Assembly (NCBI GenBank): GCA_036172245.1
Contig: JAYWIR010000119.1
Span: 1 to 64,000, forward strand
Length of the DNA: 64,000 nt
Source: Raillietiella orientalis
Lineage: Eukaryota
Direction: 5' to 3'
Positions 1 through 12,665 of the stretch are shown in pieces (position 1 is the stretch's first letter; every line of letters begins with the position of its first letter). A program made the translations under genes and the position numbers. The notes below the pieces were generated by a model that did not search any database, was not told the DNA's origin, and worked only from the letters and a program-made list of their open reading frames with translations.

Positions 1-2665
1 TAGGCCGTTAAGGTGGAGGGAAGCTCATGCGATTAAGAAGCTCCAGGAGGAGCTCCTGGTCCATGCAGTTGAACGCTTTATGAAGATCGACTGCGATCTC
101 TAGGGCTCCCTTACCTGCCCGTTGTCTCTTCCATGACCATCGGTCTCCCTTAGATTGGGGTTTATGAGAGTTTATTTGCGTTCTTTTTTTCTTCTTTCAC
201 ATGGAACCATGTGCTGGCGAGGAACAGGTTAGCGTCCATGCTTCGCCCGGGAACAGCGTAAGTATGCTCCGGGCTAATTACGGATTCGGCTACCTGTCCG
301 AGCCGCGCAGCCCACAGTTTCGCGACCAACTTGACGCCCGTGTTGACGACCGTGATCGGACGCCAGCTGTTCAACTTACGGTGGTCTCCTCTCTTAGGAA
401 GGAGCCTCATCCTAGCTGACCGGAACGAGGCGGGAACATCGCCTTCTTCCCGGATCAGCTGTGTCAACCTAAGCACCAAGGGGGTCATCTCTGCCACGAA
501 GCTTGAAAAAATTCCGCGGGCAGGCCGTCCTCCCCTGCTGCCTTCCGCCTCTTGAGCCTTTTTATCGCGGTGATGACTTCACCGATCGTAAAAGGCTCGT
601 TTATGCTTTCCCTCTCCCCCTCCCCTATTGCCGGGGTTCCGTCCGGGAGTAGCAGTCGCGAGGTGTCCCGCTCGGGAGGCGCCCTGGCATATAGGGAGGA
701 ATAAAATTCCCTCAGGATGTGTCGAATCGCGGCCGGGGCGGAGTGTTCCCGGTCCTGGTCGTCCAGCAGGGTGGGCGCCCCGGACTGCCAGGCTTGGCGC
801 TCAGCCCCGGCTCGGTACTCGGCCAGGCGACGGACGTTGGGGGTGCTCGCGTAACGACGGGCGTATTACTGCTGAGGACATGTCGGCGTGCTCCTCGCCC
901 CGTCCTGCGAGAAGTCAGCTGGCAGCACCGCGGATTGGGAAGCCGACTCGCTCCCGTTCACCGCCGCATCGTACGCAGCTAAGTCCTGGGAGCCGACAAT
1001 CATCGCCTCGGGGTCGGAGCAGGGGCCAGGACCGCTTCCTCAGATCACGCTTTGGCTTCTGCAGCGGCCCTCTCGCGCGAAGCGACAGAGCACGCAGCCG
1101 TAGTGCAAACCTGGATTCGCACCTTCTGCGGCGTGCTTCGCTCCTGCCACCTACCTTCAAAATGAGGAATTGCGAAGGATCTACCTTCGTCTTCCCCTTT
1201 GTGGGCGTGCTGGCGACCCGAGTTCAGACCGCGTCGCTGTCCTTGGGAACGCCATGCTGGGAGGAGGACGCCTTCGTCGCCTGTTTGTCCGGAGCTACGG
1301 GCTCAGGTTTCGCTCTCGCGACGAGAGAAGGCGTTGCCCGCTTCACCTGCTCCTTCGCTGGTGCGGGCGAAACGGCGCTCATTGCCGCCATCGCGCCATG
1401 CGCTATTGCAGCCTTCACTGCCAGTGCTTTCGCCGTGGACGGAGTGCTCTCCTCGCACTTAGGGAGGCACGGCCGTTCAGAGGCAGTTCTGACGCTGTCC
1501 GCGCACGGTTTCCCGTGTTTTCCGGCCGCGGACGACCCAGCAGCCTTCGTTGAGTGCGTGTGTGCACTCTTAGGCTGCTCCGCGAGGGACGCTTTGCCCC
1601 CAGAGCGACGTGGCAATCTTCCCCGTCTGCGCGGATGTCTAGGACTGTGCCTTCCCTCAAGCAAGCACGCCCTTTTTCGCAGGGCCGTCGCTCGCTGCAG
1701 CAGCGTCATTCGCGCCCGATTTCTTCCCGGGCGCAGCGGGCGAAGTTTTCGGGTGGCCGGCGTCAGCTGGAGGCGATTCCTCGGCTGCCGTTTTCGCTTC
1801 AGCTCGGCGCACTCTTTAATGGAGTGACCGAGCAGTTTGCAATAGCGGCAGTTGCGAGAAGGGCACTTCCATGGACGGTGGCCCTCTGTGCTGCAAACGC
1901 CTCAAGCCGGTCGACGGCCGGCAAACTTAAGGTGAAAGATCGCGTCGTCCACATGTAATTGGGAAGGCATTAGCCTCCGATCCGCCATGGTCACTCGCGC
2001 CATGGCAAGTCCGCTGTGGAGACATGCTATCCTTTTAATCGGATTCTCTGCCCTCCACAGCGCGTGCACCGTGGCGAATGCACTCAGTGCACCGACGAGA
2101 ACGCGATCGGGAGTGTCCACCTGGACGGCGGACAATCGGACCACGAACGACTGGTCCATGGCCGACGGGACGACCTCCTTCCCGCGTATGTTTAGCGGGG
2201 TACCAAGAAGGCGCTGGACTAGGGCTGCCTCTTTGCAGTGCACCTCCCAGTGTCCAAGCGCGTTCACAGGCATCACAGCCAAGAGGTCTTCCTGCCTGAC
2301 ACCGACGCGTTCGAGATAGGCCCATAGATTTTCTCCGACCCCGTCGGAGACAGCAGCACAAACCGGATAGCAGAGAGCAGGCTTGTAGCCATGGGCTGCA
2401 TATGCCTGCATCCCCGCTTCGTCGGGCGGTGCTCCGTTTGCTGCCGCCGCCTTGACGATGGAGGCGAAGCGTCTCGGCGGTGGCGAGACCGAACCATCGG
2501 AGGCGGGCCGAGCATCAGGGGTAGAAACTCCAGTGTCGGCTGCAGCCTCCACACCCATCCTCTCATGCACGGGGGCCGTGGACATCCGAGTGGACGCACG
2601 CGAGCACACCACACACAAAGAAGACGGAAAGGAATCGCGCTCGAGGAGCAACGCAGGGCACGTCA
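1..2665 (-). mobile_element. Element J: L1/Tx1-like LINE with intact 5' end, disrupted ORF1, deleted endonuclease; RT runs off the window
   Basis: 5' end tgacgtg at 2665-2659. ORF1 from ATG 2585. ORF1 stop (tta 866-868) is fused to the post-EN ARRYAS segment. RT start LPKRGDHRKLNSWRPITVVN in ORF 162..497. Confidence 0.85.
866..2585 (-). pseudogene. ORF1 (gag-like, CCHC knuckle) of element J, interrupted by stops/frameshifts
   Basis: MSTAPV...GYKPALCY... is homologous to the other ORF1s. Knuckle reads (C>stop)GVCSTEGHRPWKC near 1905-1865. Confidence 0.75.
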
Positions 2666-2749
2666 GTGCAGCGTTGTCGAAGAGCGCGTTCCCGACGTTC
2701 CCGAATGCTGCGAGGAAGAACTCGCCGCTACCGTGGAGCAACGCTCAGT

Positions 2750-4377
2750 GGACATATTCATTTTTTTTTTCACATGTTTTTCTTTTCGCATTTAAAATAC
2801 ATGCTTTCTCTCGAACAGAGAAATATTGGGTAAGAATGTAAAAGTTTCGAACATATGTATTAAGATATACTTAGATCTGTATTGGATTAATATTTAATTA
2901 ATTTTTTTTGTTTTGCATCAAGAGTCTAGTGCCATTACGTTCACTGTTATTTTGTTAGGATTGGGGAACACTGGCACTGTTATAGTCAAAGAGAAAAGTG
3001 TTTAACCACGAGGAGGGAACTCAAAGTGTAGCTAGGATGGCTACGCCTTGTCCAAGTAGGGTACTGAAATCATTGGGATTTTCATCATGAAGAATTAGAG
3101 GGGTCCGTTCTTGGACAGCATGGATGTGGAAGGAAATCGAAGCTTCAGGAAGGTTTGGAGGCAGCAAGTTTTCCGGTGAATATCTCTGGAAAACTTAATA
3201 GTGGCGTAGCTAAATGGGCTGCCACATCTCTTAGGGTGTGGCTGTTCACTCCTTGGGATTTCAGTACATTGCCATTGATGGAGTCCCAGCTTCCTAGAGC
3301 ATTAATCACAATAGCGTCATTGAAGACGTTTAAGGAATTTTGTAGTGCCGAGCTGAATGCAACGGGACGATTCTCGAAGGGAACGATGATATCTATGATG
3401 ATCGCTGTAGTGGATGCAAGAAGATGTCGGGACGCAGGAAAGAGTCTACTGACTCGATTCTCTTGACCCGAGACGAAATTGGCCACGAAGGGGATAGTAA
3501 CGAAAACATCCAATCCGCTACGTAGTCGTGCCCTTTGGTAATCGAGGAGCTGAAATGGCGGGGACAATGGCACAATACATGCGCAAGTGTTTCTTTTTCA
3601 TATCCGCAGAAACGGCACGTTACGATGAGTCGACGTCCCACGACCGTGGGACGTCGACGACTTCCGTTCAGCACTAACTGGTTTAATCGTGCTCTGTGGA
3701 TAAATCGTTAATGAGAAAATCTTATACCACCAGACAGCGATAGGAAGGACATGGACGCGGGATGAAGGCTAGCGCATTCCATCATTCTTCCCTGATCAGG
3801 CTTCGCAAAGAGAGATTTGCATCTTTCGTCTCTTAGAAATAGCGAATGTTTCTTGCCATTTGCCTCCTATGTGAAGCCGAAAGAATTTTGGGGATTTCAG
3901 CAGTAGTAGAGTGGACGGAAATGGTGATGCAGTTCTCCTCAGAACCTGATTCGATAGGTAGATGTTTGGATGCTTCCCTGACCGGGGACCAAAATGTGCG
4001 TGGGTCACCACTCATGCAATTCAGGGGTTCCAGACAACACCCATCGAGAAAGCGGGTAATGAGGGTAATGTCAGGAGGGGCATGGTTGGCTATCGCTTCG
4101 CACCGTCCGACAACGTCATCTTTGCTAGGTCGGCAAGTCTGCTATCTGGGCAAGTAAGCAGTTGGAAGGAGGAATCTCCTGTCATCGAGCGCGCTTTCTC
4201 GATAAGGCGCATCACTCCAAGGCAGCAATCCCTTGTTTCTCCATAGAGATATTCGTACCATGACCCTTTTGAGAGGGGGAGGATAGACCGCTTCACGACA
4301 TACTTGATGATTTTGTCGAGCGCAGCACATGAGCTCCAAGGTTTTGTGGACAGACGAAAGTCATGAACAAGGCTCAT
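2750..4377 (-). mobile_element. Degenerate 3' fragment of a restriction-like-endonuclease non-LTR retrotransposon (NeSL/Utopia-like)
   Basis: Minus-strand RFIHRARLN, CRFCGYEKETLAHVLCHC, LRPDI, IIDIIVPFENR, ALGSWD. A-run (T10 on plus) at 2761-2770. AT-rich 3' UTR. Confidence 0.8.
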
Positions 4378-5026
4378 CAACAAGGAGGGAAGCGAACCGA
4401 CGTCGTCGTCCGTCATCGAGGCCGCGCTCGATGACGTCGCCTTCGAACGAGCGGCGGAAGTGCTGGCTTCCTCGCTGAAGCCGTCAACTTCCAAGGCCGG
4501 CAAGAAGGCCGTGAAACGTCCGACCTCTACTCAGGAGTCGGTAACTTCCGACCCCGAGGCTGAGGCCGGAAACGCAGCTTCCATCTCCGCGGCGCCCCGC
4601 AGGAAGGCTGGACGAAAGTCCAGCATACCCCTGCGGAAGACCGTTTCCCCCGCCGAAGAAGAAGAGATGGCTTCCGCAAGCGAGGGTGCCATGAGCGTGG
4701 GAGAATCTTGGAACTCGTTGCCCGAGAGACTCCCACGCTCGGAAACGGAGGGGGTGGAGGAAGAACATGTGTCTGAGGTGCCTGAGGAGGCCGAAACCCC
4801 CATGGCCATCTCACCCGCCTCGGAAAAGGCGGGTCCGCCACACCGACATCTTCCCAGCAGTAATGCCGAGAATATCCTGCCGCCGCCGTCTGCGCATCGC
4901 CCTTGGGAACGTCAACGGCATGACAGACGCCGGCAGCAGACGAGACCTGGCCGCCCTCCTAGGATCCTTCGACCTTGCGCTGCTGCAGGACATCCACGTG
5001 ATCTCTGCAGAACAAGAGCAGGAGAT

Positions 5027-5087
5027 TAGTCACCCGGTCACGCCGCCCGTGTATTTTACACAAGATTTTAGAACAATTACAGAAAAT
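5027..5087 (-). mobile_element. 61-bp 5'-truncated LINE 3' terminus with ~12-bp degenerate TSD (duplicated at 15028-15088)
   Basis: Minus strand ends aaatacacgggcggcgtgaccgggtgacta, like the family 3' end. Flanks are agagcaggagat (5015-5026) and agcgcgggagat (5088-5099). Confidence 0.75.
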
Positions 5088-5400
5088 AGCGCGGGAGATG
5101 GAGCGGATCTCCGCAGGACGGCCGCGGTATCGGTGTGGACAACCGCAGAGTTGCGGTCTTGCCTACCTGCTTCGGCCAGTCGTCGAGGACGCGGAGCGGG
5201 GCGTGCGGTTCGACGATCAAGGTCGTGTCGGCCAGCTGCTTCTCAGATGGTCCGACTCCATCGACCTGATTGTCAACGACCTGTATGCCCCGAGGGGCAC
5301 GGACCTGACGGACAGCTGCAAAGCGGCGCGACTGGCTGACCGAGGAAGGCGTGCGGAACTCTCATCCGGTTGCAGGAGAAGTCAACGTGCGTTTTCGTGT

Positions 5401-8391
5401 CGCTCCGTAGCTCCACCATTTTGTTGAGCATGTCTTTCCCACCGCTGAGTCACGAGGATGAGAAGTGAACAAGCCAACGTGGAAGTCGGTAAGCCAAGCG
5501 TTCCGGTTTTCCCTTCCCGCAGTGGGATCGATGGCGAAAGATATTGCGAGCCATTCGCCTCTGGCAAGCACGTTCGCAGACGTTGCTGCGGTAGCACCTA
5601 TACAAGGAAGCCGCCATGCAGACGCAGAGCTGCAGGCCTACGTAGCCGAGGGTCACAGATCTGCGCTTCGCTATAATGTAAGTAAGATGGGGATGAGTAA
5701 GTGGAAAAACCCTTCCCTGTGGGAGTCCGGCAGGAGGTCCTGAGAGACCTCATGACTGTACGCGCACTGGGCTACGATCAAGTCCGGTGCACTCAGCCTG
5801 AAATTGCCATCCGCACTCCCTTGTCCGTCGGAGGGAAAACTGTTTTTCCCATTGAGATGCACCAATCATTTGTAGCTGCTCTAAAGGACGTGCAGCCAGA
5901 GAGCAACTGCAAACTATGCTATCACCGCATGGCGGAATTAGCCACACAGTTCACGCCGTGAGGAGGAAGAGGAGTTCCTACAAGAAGTTCCCTTCCGTGC
6001 ACGCAGGAACTGCTTCGCCCAAGAAAACCATAACTAACCGTCGCAGGCTGTCTGCGCAGCAGGAATGCAGCACGTCAAACGAACCAATACAAATGCATCG
6101 AAACGCATCGAGGAGTCATTCTAACCAGACGATCCCAACTACTTCCAAGGACCTAAACATTCATCGCCAGAGGAACACGAATATTTTCCGCCCCTTCTCC
6201 AGAGGAGGCTGTCGGTTCAACAGGAAGAACGCCTCGAACAGGAGCAGTTACCATTCACGCACTGCAAAGATGCTTCGTAGGAATGAACAACGACGCGACC
6301 TCACGTTCCGCATGTGTGCTGGCGTGGTGCAGCCACATACACGTGCTCTACCTCCTTTGCTGTCCCGTTTCACCAACACCACCTTCTTCTTCACGAAGAT
6401 TACATCTCCGTAAGGCGGCCAGCGTTCGCGCTCACGACCTCCGCTCGGCAGTCGGCCAATCGCTTTCACACCCTCTTCCCCTTGATTCCTCAGCCAGCCT
6501 CTTTTCTCTCTCTTGCTAGCCTACGCCCATGCTCGACTCTTCCGCCGTCTCTCCGTCTGCAGACACTCGTTTCCCTCCTCCTGATTATCTCCAATTGGCC
6601 TCCCTCCTCCACTCCCTCCCTTGTAGCAGTCCCGTTTACTAAAAGACAACAAGGTTCCCTCCGGGGTTGGCTGTATTTCTCTGCAACGGCCCCCCGTCCG
6701 TCCAGATGATGTTATTACAGACCGGTATTCATCGTGCCCCACGCCTCCGATTCCTGGAAATAGAAGTGTCATCATCCGAGGAACAAATCCCTCAGCTTAC
6801 CCACACCACGATCAGCGGTGGCTCGGAAGCGCGCGGGCATTCCCCGGAATGCCCACACACGATCGAGGATGGACTCGTGGTGCCCCCCGACACCGCGCAG
6901 TCCTCTTCCTTCCGATCCTTGAATTCGGCATCCGAACTCTTGCGTGTGCAACGCCCGATGAGATTTTTCAGCTGCAACCACAAACAGGAATGTTAGAGTC
7001 CCTGCGCCGTCAGTGAACGGGCTCCCACCTCCTTCCTGTAAAACCACATGCCGGCTGCAGCTGCAAGACTGCAGACGAGCCACGTCTTTCCGGTTGGCAT
7101 CTTGAAGCTGGCGGATAAATGAGCAACACTCGACGGGATGGACTTTCTTTGCAGGGATGGTCTTGTGTCTTTTTTTTTCTTTGCACGATGCGTATCCTAG
7201 GAAACCTCTTAGGACAGGCCCCGTCTCACTCGTGGAAACTGCGATTTTCGGGCGGCTCGTTTTCGCGGTCGTGGCGGTGACACGGGATTTCCATCCGAGA
7301 AGGTGGATGGAGCGAAAAGAAAATCACCGCCACCTCTCGTCAACGGAACTCTCGAATAAGGCTTTTCCCGTCCATCCGTCCTTCTCTTCGTCCGAACCTA
7401 CGTGGACCGTCTTTTGCGCTCCCTGCCCCTCTGCCAAAATTACAAGCCTTGCTCTCTTCGTCTGCTTGCCGTCTTCATTCCTGCACCTCTCGTCCTACCT
7501 TGGTGCTGTGCCACTTTGTCGTCTTGCGCGCCTCTTCCTCTTCGTGCTCTTGCACGCACTCTCAGCTCCTGGATTCCTCTTCTCGCGATCTTCTCTGTTT
7601 TTCCCATTACTGCGGATAGGTGGTGCCTTCCTTGGTTCGCCTTCCCACGAGTGATGGAGACTGAGGATTTGCCCCAGGACTCGGTTCTTCACTTTGAGGG
7701 AGCAGAAAGTGCAGGAGCAACACTTTCCTGATGCTCCGCAGCTCTTCTGGTGTCGCGGATGCGTACTTCTGGAGAGCACGAAGCTATTTTGCAAGCCATG
7801 AAGAAACTTCATCGGCAGCAGAGAAGAAGGGAAGCAAACAACCGTCTGGATGCTTGGAGTTTCCCGCGATTGTGCTCCCATTTGTCGCGCATTCCAGACG
7901 GCGTCGTGAGGGTGTCATCTGCAGAGCGAGGTGTCTCCAGCAGTGGCGCTCATTCTGCCAGTGTGTCCGGCAGGAGGGTGTTTGCGGCGCACTACACGAA
8001 CCACGTGTACACACGTAGCCCTCTCACGTACTATGCTTCCCAATTGAGTTTCCGCTAGAGGGCATCTCGGTCGCTTCCTGTAAGCGATTCCGCTGGAGAG
8101 TCGGTTCATCTTTTTGCGTCAGGTTTCCCCATTTCTCGTTCATTGATGCGCTCACTGCGTCTGAAAGTACACCTCCGGAAACTGTGCATTGCAGCCAAGT
8201 CGTGCTGAGTTTTCACATGAATGACGGACAGTTCTCATGAGGAAATGCATTCCTGGAATGCACACGTAAGGACTGTGGAAAGGATCGGCGTGAGAAAACA
8301 TGCTAGCCAGGTGGCAAATGAAAAGTAAATAGATAAAGCATGTGCGTAAGGAGGAAAGGAGCCGCCAGCGTAGAGAAGAAATGTAAAGCAA
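5401..8391. other. Unidentified ~3 kb segment (duplicated at ~15402-18377)
   Basis: No homology to the surrounding LINE families is visible by eye; only short ORFs. Confidence 0.4.
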
Positions 8392-11300
8392 AGTTGATCG
8401 AGCGTTGCTACGATAGCGGCTGGCTGCAGGGCGTCCCTCACGGAGAAAAGCCGAAAAACGTCTCTGGGAGGGCTACCTTCCACGATCCCTGGGGTCGTAC
8501 CCAAGCGTTCCCAAAGAAGCCGGAGGGCAGCGCAGTCAACTAAGAGGTGCGAAAGGGATTCACGCTCCCCACACCTGGCACATTTTGGATTCACTCGTCC
8601 CCGTGTCCAGTGGTGGCGGCGCGCGTTGCAGCGGAGCCGCCAGTGCAACAGCATAAGCGTCAACTCCTGCCATTTTAGGGGAAGGATCCTTCTTCCGGTT
8701 ATCACTGGAGGCCACTTCAGGTCGTCCGTCGTGGTGCCGAGCAGCTCGCCCAATTTTTTGAGTCCTTGCGGAAGGACGCTCTTGCTTTGTGTCGTCTGCC
8801 AGCTGTCCCATGGTCCAACCGCTCATCAACTTTTCCCTGCCTGCGATACGGCAACAGACTTGCCACGTCGGCGTCCGGCTGCTCAAGGGCCGTACGCAGG
8901 AAGGGCACCACCGTCGCTAGGCAGGTCGTCCCTGCCCACGTGCTCCTGGCTGGACACTCCAGGATCTCGCGTAAAGTGCAGCGGGCGTATCGGCCGCGTC
9001 GCACGCTGTTCCACGTCTCATGGCTCCTCTGATTCACTACCGCCCATGTGCCAACTGCCGTTTCTTCCAGCCATGCGCTTGAGTTGACGGAGCCGCAGAT
9101 CATCCACGCATTCTCCTTCGCCTGGGTGGCTATTCGTCCGAGAAGAAGGCCGCATCTTCCTATCTTCCTTCCACGACATAAAAGATGAGATGTAAGTCCT
9201 CCCTGTTCTGGATATGCTGTCTGGCGAGAGGCGGGGCCGGAACACACAGCAAGGGGTGCTCCACAACTCCGCTGCGATGGCCAAGGTTCGCCATCACATT
9301 GAATTTCCATGCGCTCCAGCGTCAGGAGGCCTGGACCACCATCTCGACGCGGAGCGCACGAGTCCATCAAAGGGACTCGGGGCCTCCCCTTGCCCCAAAG
9401 GGCGATGCGCAGGAGATCCTTTATCCTCTTTTTTGTTTCCACGGGGACGGGGCAAACAAAAAGTAGGGGGCGAAGGATGGGAGCCGCAAACGCGTTCCAT
9501 ACCGCGTACTTCCAGGAACGGGCCGATAGCCAACTTCACTTTCCGGAGACGGCCTGACCAGGCTTCTGACGGGCGGAAGTCGCCCAGCGGAACGCCAAGG
9601 TACTTCAAATACCCGCCCGTTGGGATCCCCATGCGGATCCAATCAGGCCGTCCTACCCACGTCGCTCCAACTGCCACCACCGACGATTTTGCACGGAGCC
9701 CCATCCCACGGCTTAGCAGATCGAAGAAATATTCGACTGCCGTTGCCGGGGCGGACAGTGGGAGCAGGAGCAGCAGATCGTCGGTATATGGCGACACGGC
9801 AGGCGTGCCGGGGAAGGAGCTTGGCAAGGCAGCCAAAGTCGTCCTGTGCGCTCTCAGCACCAACTCGATGTAGGTTCTAAAGAGCAGGGCATTGAGGCTA
9901 TAGCCCCGCGGTATCCCGTGGCACGCCGTACACGTTTTGTCCTCTGAAAGAGATGTTCGTCAGCGCGGCGCGCCAGCAGGAGCGCAGGTACGCACTTAAG
10001 GTAGGTGGGAAGCCCATGCGATCCAGGAGCTCCAGGAAAAGCACGTGGTCCACGCAGTCGAACGCCTTATGGAGATCGACTGCGATCGCTCGGGCACCCT
10101 TTCCCGCTCGGCTGTCCCCACCCTGACCAGCGGTCACCCTCAAATAGGGGTTGAAGTCAGATCCCTTCCGCTCTTTAACTTCGCCTTGCACATGAAACCG
10201 TGGAATGGCGAAGAACAGGTTAGCCTCCATACTTCGCCCGGGAACAGCGTAAGTCTGCTCCGGGCTAATTACGGATTCGGCTACCTGTCCGAGCCGCGCA
10301 GCCCACAGTTTCGCGACCAACTTGACGCCCGTGTTGACGACCGTGATCGGACGCCAGCTGTTCAACTTACGGTGGTCTCCTCACTTAGGAAGGAGCCTCA
10401 TCCTAGCTGACCGGAACGAGGCGGGAACATCGCCTTCTTCCCGGATCAGCTGTGTCAACCTAAGCACCAAGGGGGTCATCTCTGCCACGAAGCTTGAAAA
10501 AATTCCGCGGGCAGGCCGTCCTCCCCTGCTGCCTTCCGCCTCTTGAGCCTTTTTATCGCGGTGATGACTTCACCGATCGTAAAAGGCTCGTTTATGCTTT
10601 CCCTCTCCCCCTCCCCTATTGCCGGGGTTCCGTCCGGGAGTAGCAGTCGCGAGGTGTCCCGCTCGGGAGGCGCCCTGGCATATAGGGAGGAATAAAAGTC
10701 CCTCAGGATGTGTCGAATCGCGGCCGGGGCGGAGTGTTCCCGGTCCTGGTCGTCCAGCAGGGTGGGCGCCCCGGACTGCCAGGCTTGGCGCTCAGCCCCG
10801 GCTCGGTACTCGGCCAGGCGACGGACGTTGGGGGTGCTCGCGTAACGACGGGCGTATTACTGCTGAGGACATGTCGGCGTGCTCCTCGCCCCGTCCTGCG
10901 AGAAGTCAGCTGGCAGCACCGCGGATTGGGAAGCCGACTCGCTCCCGTTCACCGCCGCATCGTACGCAGCTAAGTCCTGGGAGCCGACAATCATCGCCTC
11001 GGGGTCGGAACAGGGGCCAGGACCGCTTCCTCAGATCCCGGCGCTCTGGCTTCTGCAGCGGCCCTCTCGCGCGAAGCGACAGAGACAGAGTACGCAGCCG
11101 TAGTGCAAACCTGGATTCGCACCTTCTGCGGCGTGCTTCGCTCCTGCCACCTACCTTCAAAATGAGGAATTGCGAAGGATCTACCTTCGTCTTCCCCTTT
11201 GTGGGCGTGCTGGCGACCCGAGTTCAGACCGCGTCGCTGTCCTTGGGAACGCCATGCTGGGAGGAGGACGCCTTCGTCGCCTGTTTGTCCGGAGCTACGG

Positions 11301-12665
11301 GCTCAGGTTTCGCTCTCGCGACGAGAGAAGGCGTTGCCCGCTTCACCTGCTCCTTCGCTGGTGCGGGCGAAACGGCGCTCATTGCCGCCATCGCGCCATG
11401 CGCTATTGCAGCCTTCACTGCCAGTGCTTTCGCCGTGGACGGAGTGCTCTCCTCGCACTTAGGGAGGCACGGCCGTTCAGAGGCAGTTCTGACGCTGTCC
11501 GCGCACGGTTTCCCGTGTTTTCCGGCCGCGGACGACCCAGCAGCCTTCGTTGAGTGCGTGTGTGCACTCTTAGGCTGCTCCGCGAGGGACGCTTTGCCCC
11601 CAGAGCGACGTGGCAATCTTCCCCGTCTGCGCGGATGTCTAGGACTGTGCCTTCCCTCAAGCAAGCACGCCCTTTTTCGCAGGGCCGTCGCTCGCTGCAG
11701 CAGCGTCATTCGCGCCCGATTTCTTCCCGGGCGCAGCGGGCGAAGTTTTCGGGTGGCCGGCGTCAGCTGGAGGCGATTCCTCGGCTGCCGTTTTCGCTTC
11801 AGCTCGGCGCACTCTTCAATGGAGTGACCGAGCAGTTTGCAATAGCGGCAGTTGCGAGAAGGGCACTTCCATGGACGGTGGCCCTCTGTGCTGCAAACGC
11901 CTCAAGCCGGTCGACGGCCGGCAAACTTAAGGTGAAAGATCGCGTCGTCCACATGTAATTGGGAAGGCATTAGCCTCCGATCCGCCATGGTCACTCGCGC
12001 CATGGCAAGTCCGCTGTGGAGACATGCTATCCTTTTAATCGGATTCTCTGCCCTCCACAGCGCGTGCACCGTGGCGAATGCACTCAGTGCACCGACGAGA
12101 ACGCGATCGGGAGTGTCCACCTGGACGGCGGACAATCGGACCACGAACGACTGGTCCATGGCCGACGGGACGACCTCCTTCCCGCGTAGGTTTAGCGGGG
12201 TACCAAGAAGGCGCTGGACTAGGGCTGCCTCTTTGCAGTGCACCTCCCAGTGTCCAAGCGCGTTCACAGGCATCACAGCCAAGAGGTCTTCCTGCCTGAC
12301 ACCGACGCGTTCGAGATAGGCCCATAGATTTTCTCCGACCCCGTCGGAGACAGCAGCACAAACCGGATAGCAGAGAGCAGGCTTGTAGCCATGGGCTGCA
12401 TATGCCTGCATCCCCGCTTCGTCGGGCGGTGCTCCGTTTGCTGCCGCCGCCTTGACGATGGAGGCGAAGCGTCTCGGCGGTGGCGAGACCGAACCATCGG
12501 AGGCGGGCCGAGCATCAGGGGTAGAAACTCCAGTGTCGGCTGCAGCCTCCACACCCATCCTCTCATGCACGGGGGCCGTGGACATCCGAGTGGACGCACG
12601 CGAGCACACCACACACAAAGAAGACGGAAAGGAATCGCGCTCGAGGAGCAACGCAGGGCACGTCA
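8392..12665 (-). mobile_element. Element J' (second copy of J) continuing through a frameshifted RT and C-terminal Cys motif; EN deleted
   Basis: WRPITVVN, VDLHKAFDCVD (9898..10365), PYTDDLLL, KYLGVPL (9294..9863), CARCGERESLSHLLVDC (8235..8753). Confidence 0.85.

Larger units (their letters stand above)
2666..5400 (+). mobile_element. Element O: fragment of an H/L-family LINE (ORF1 C-terminus plus EN N-terminus); host of J, the RLE element and a 61-bp insertion
   Basis: CSVVEERVPDV...ELAAT, resumed at ~4378. TAATG at 4861 is followed by RRRLRIALGNVNG...DLALLQDIH (APE motifs). Confidence 0.85.
240..10072. repeat. Copy 1 of a ~10 kb near-identical tandem duplication
   Basis: Sequence and ORF track repeat with an offset of ~9,980-10,001 (e.g. 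ORFs 1902..2741 and 11902..12741; 4460..5029 and 14461..15030). Confidence 0.95.

Noticed and set aside
628..1827. 399-aa plus-strand ORF (and 10619..11827, 45653..46699, 21691..22650 and similar)
   Set aside because: Antisense shadows of GC-rich ORF1/ORF2 sequence; no motifs of their own.
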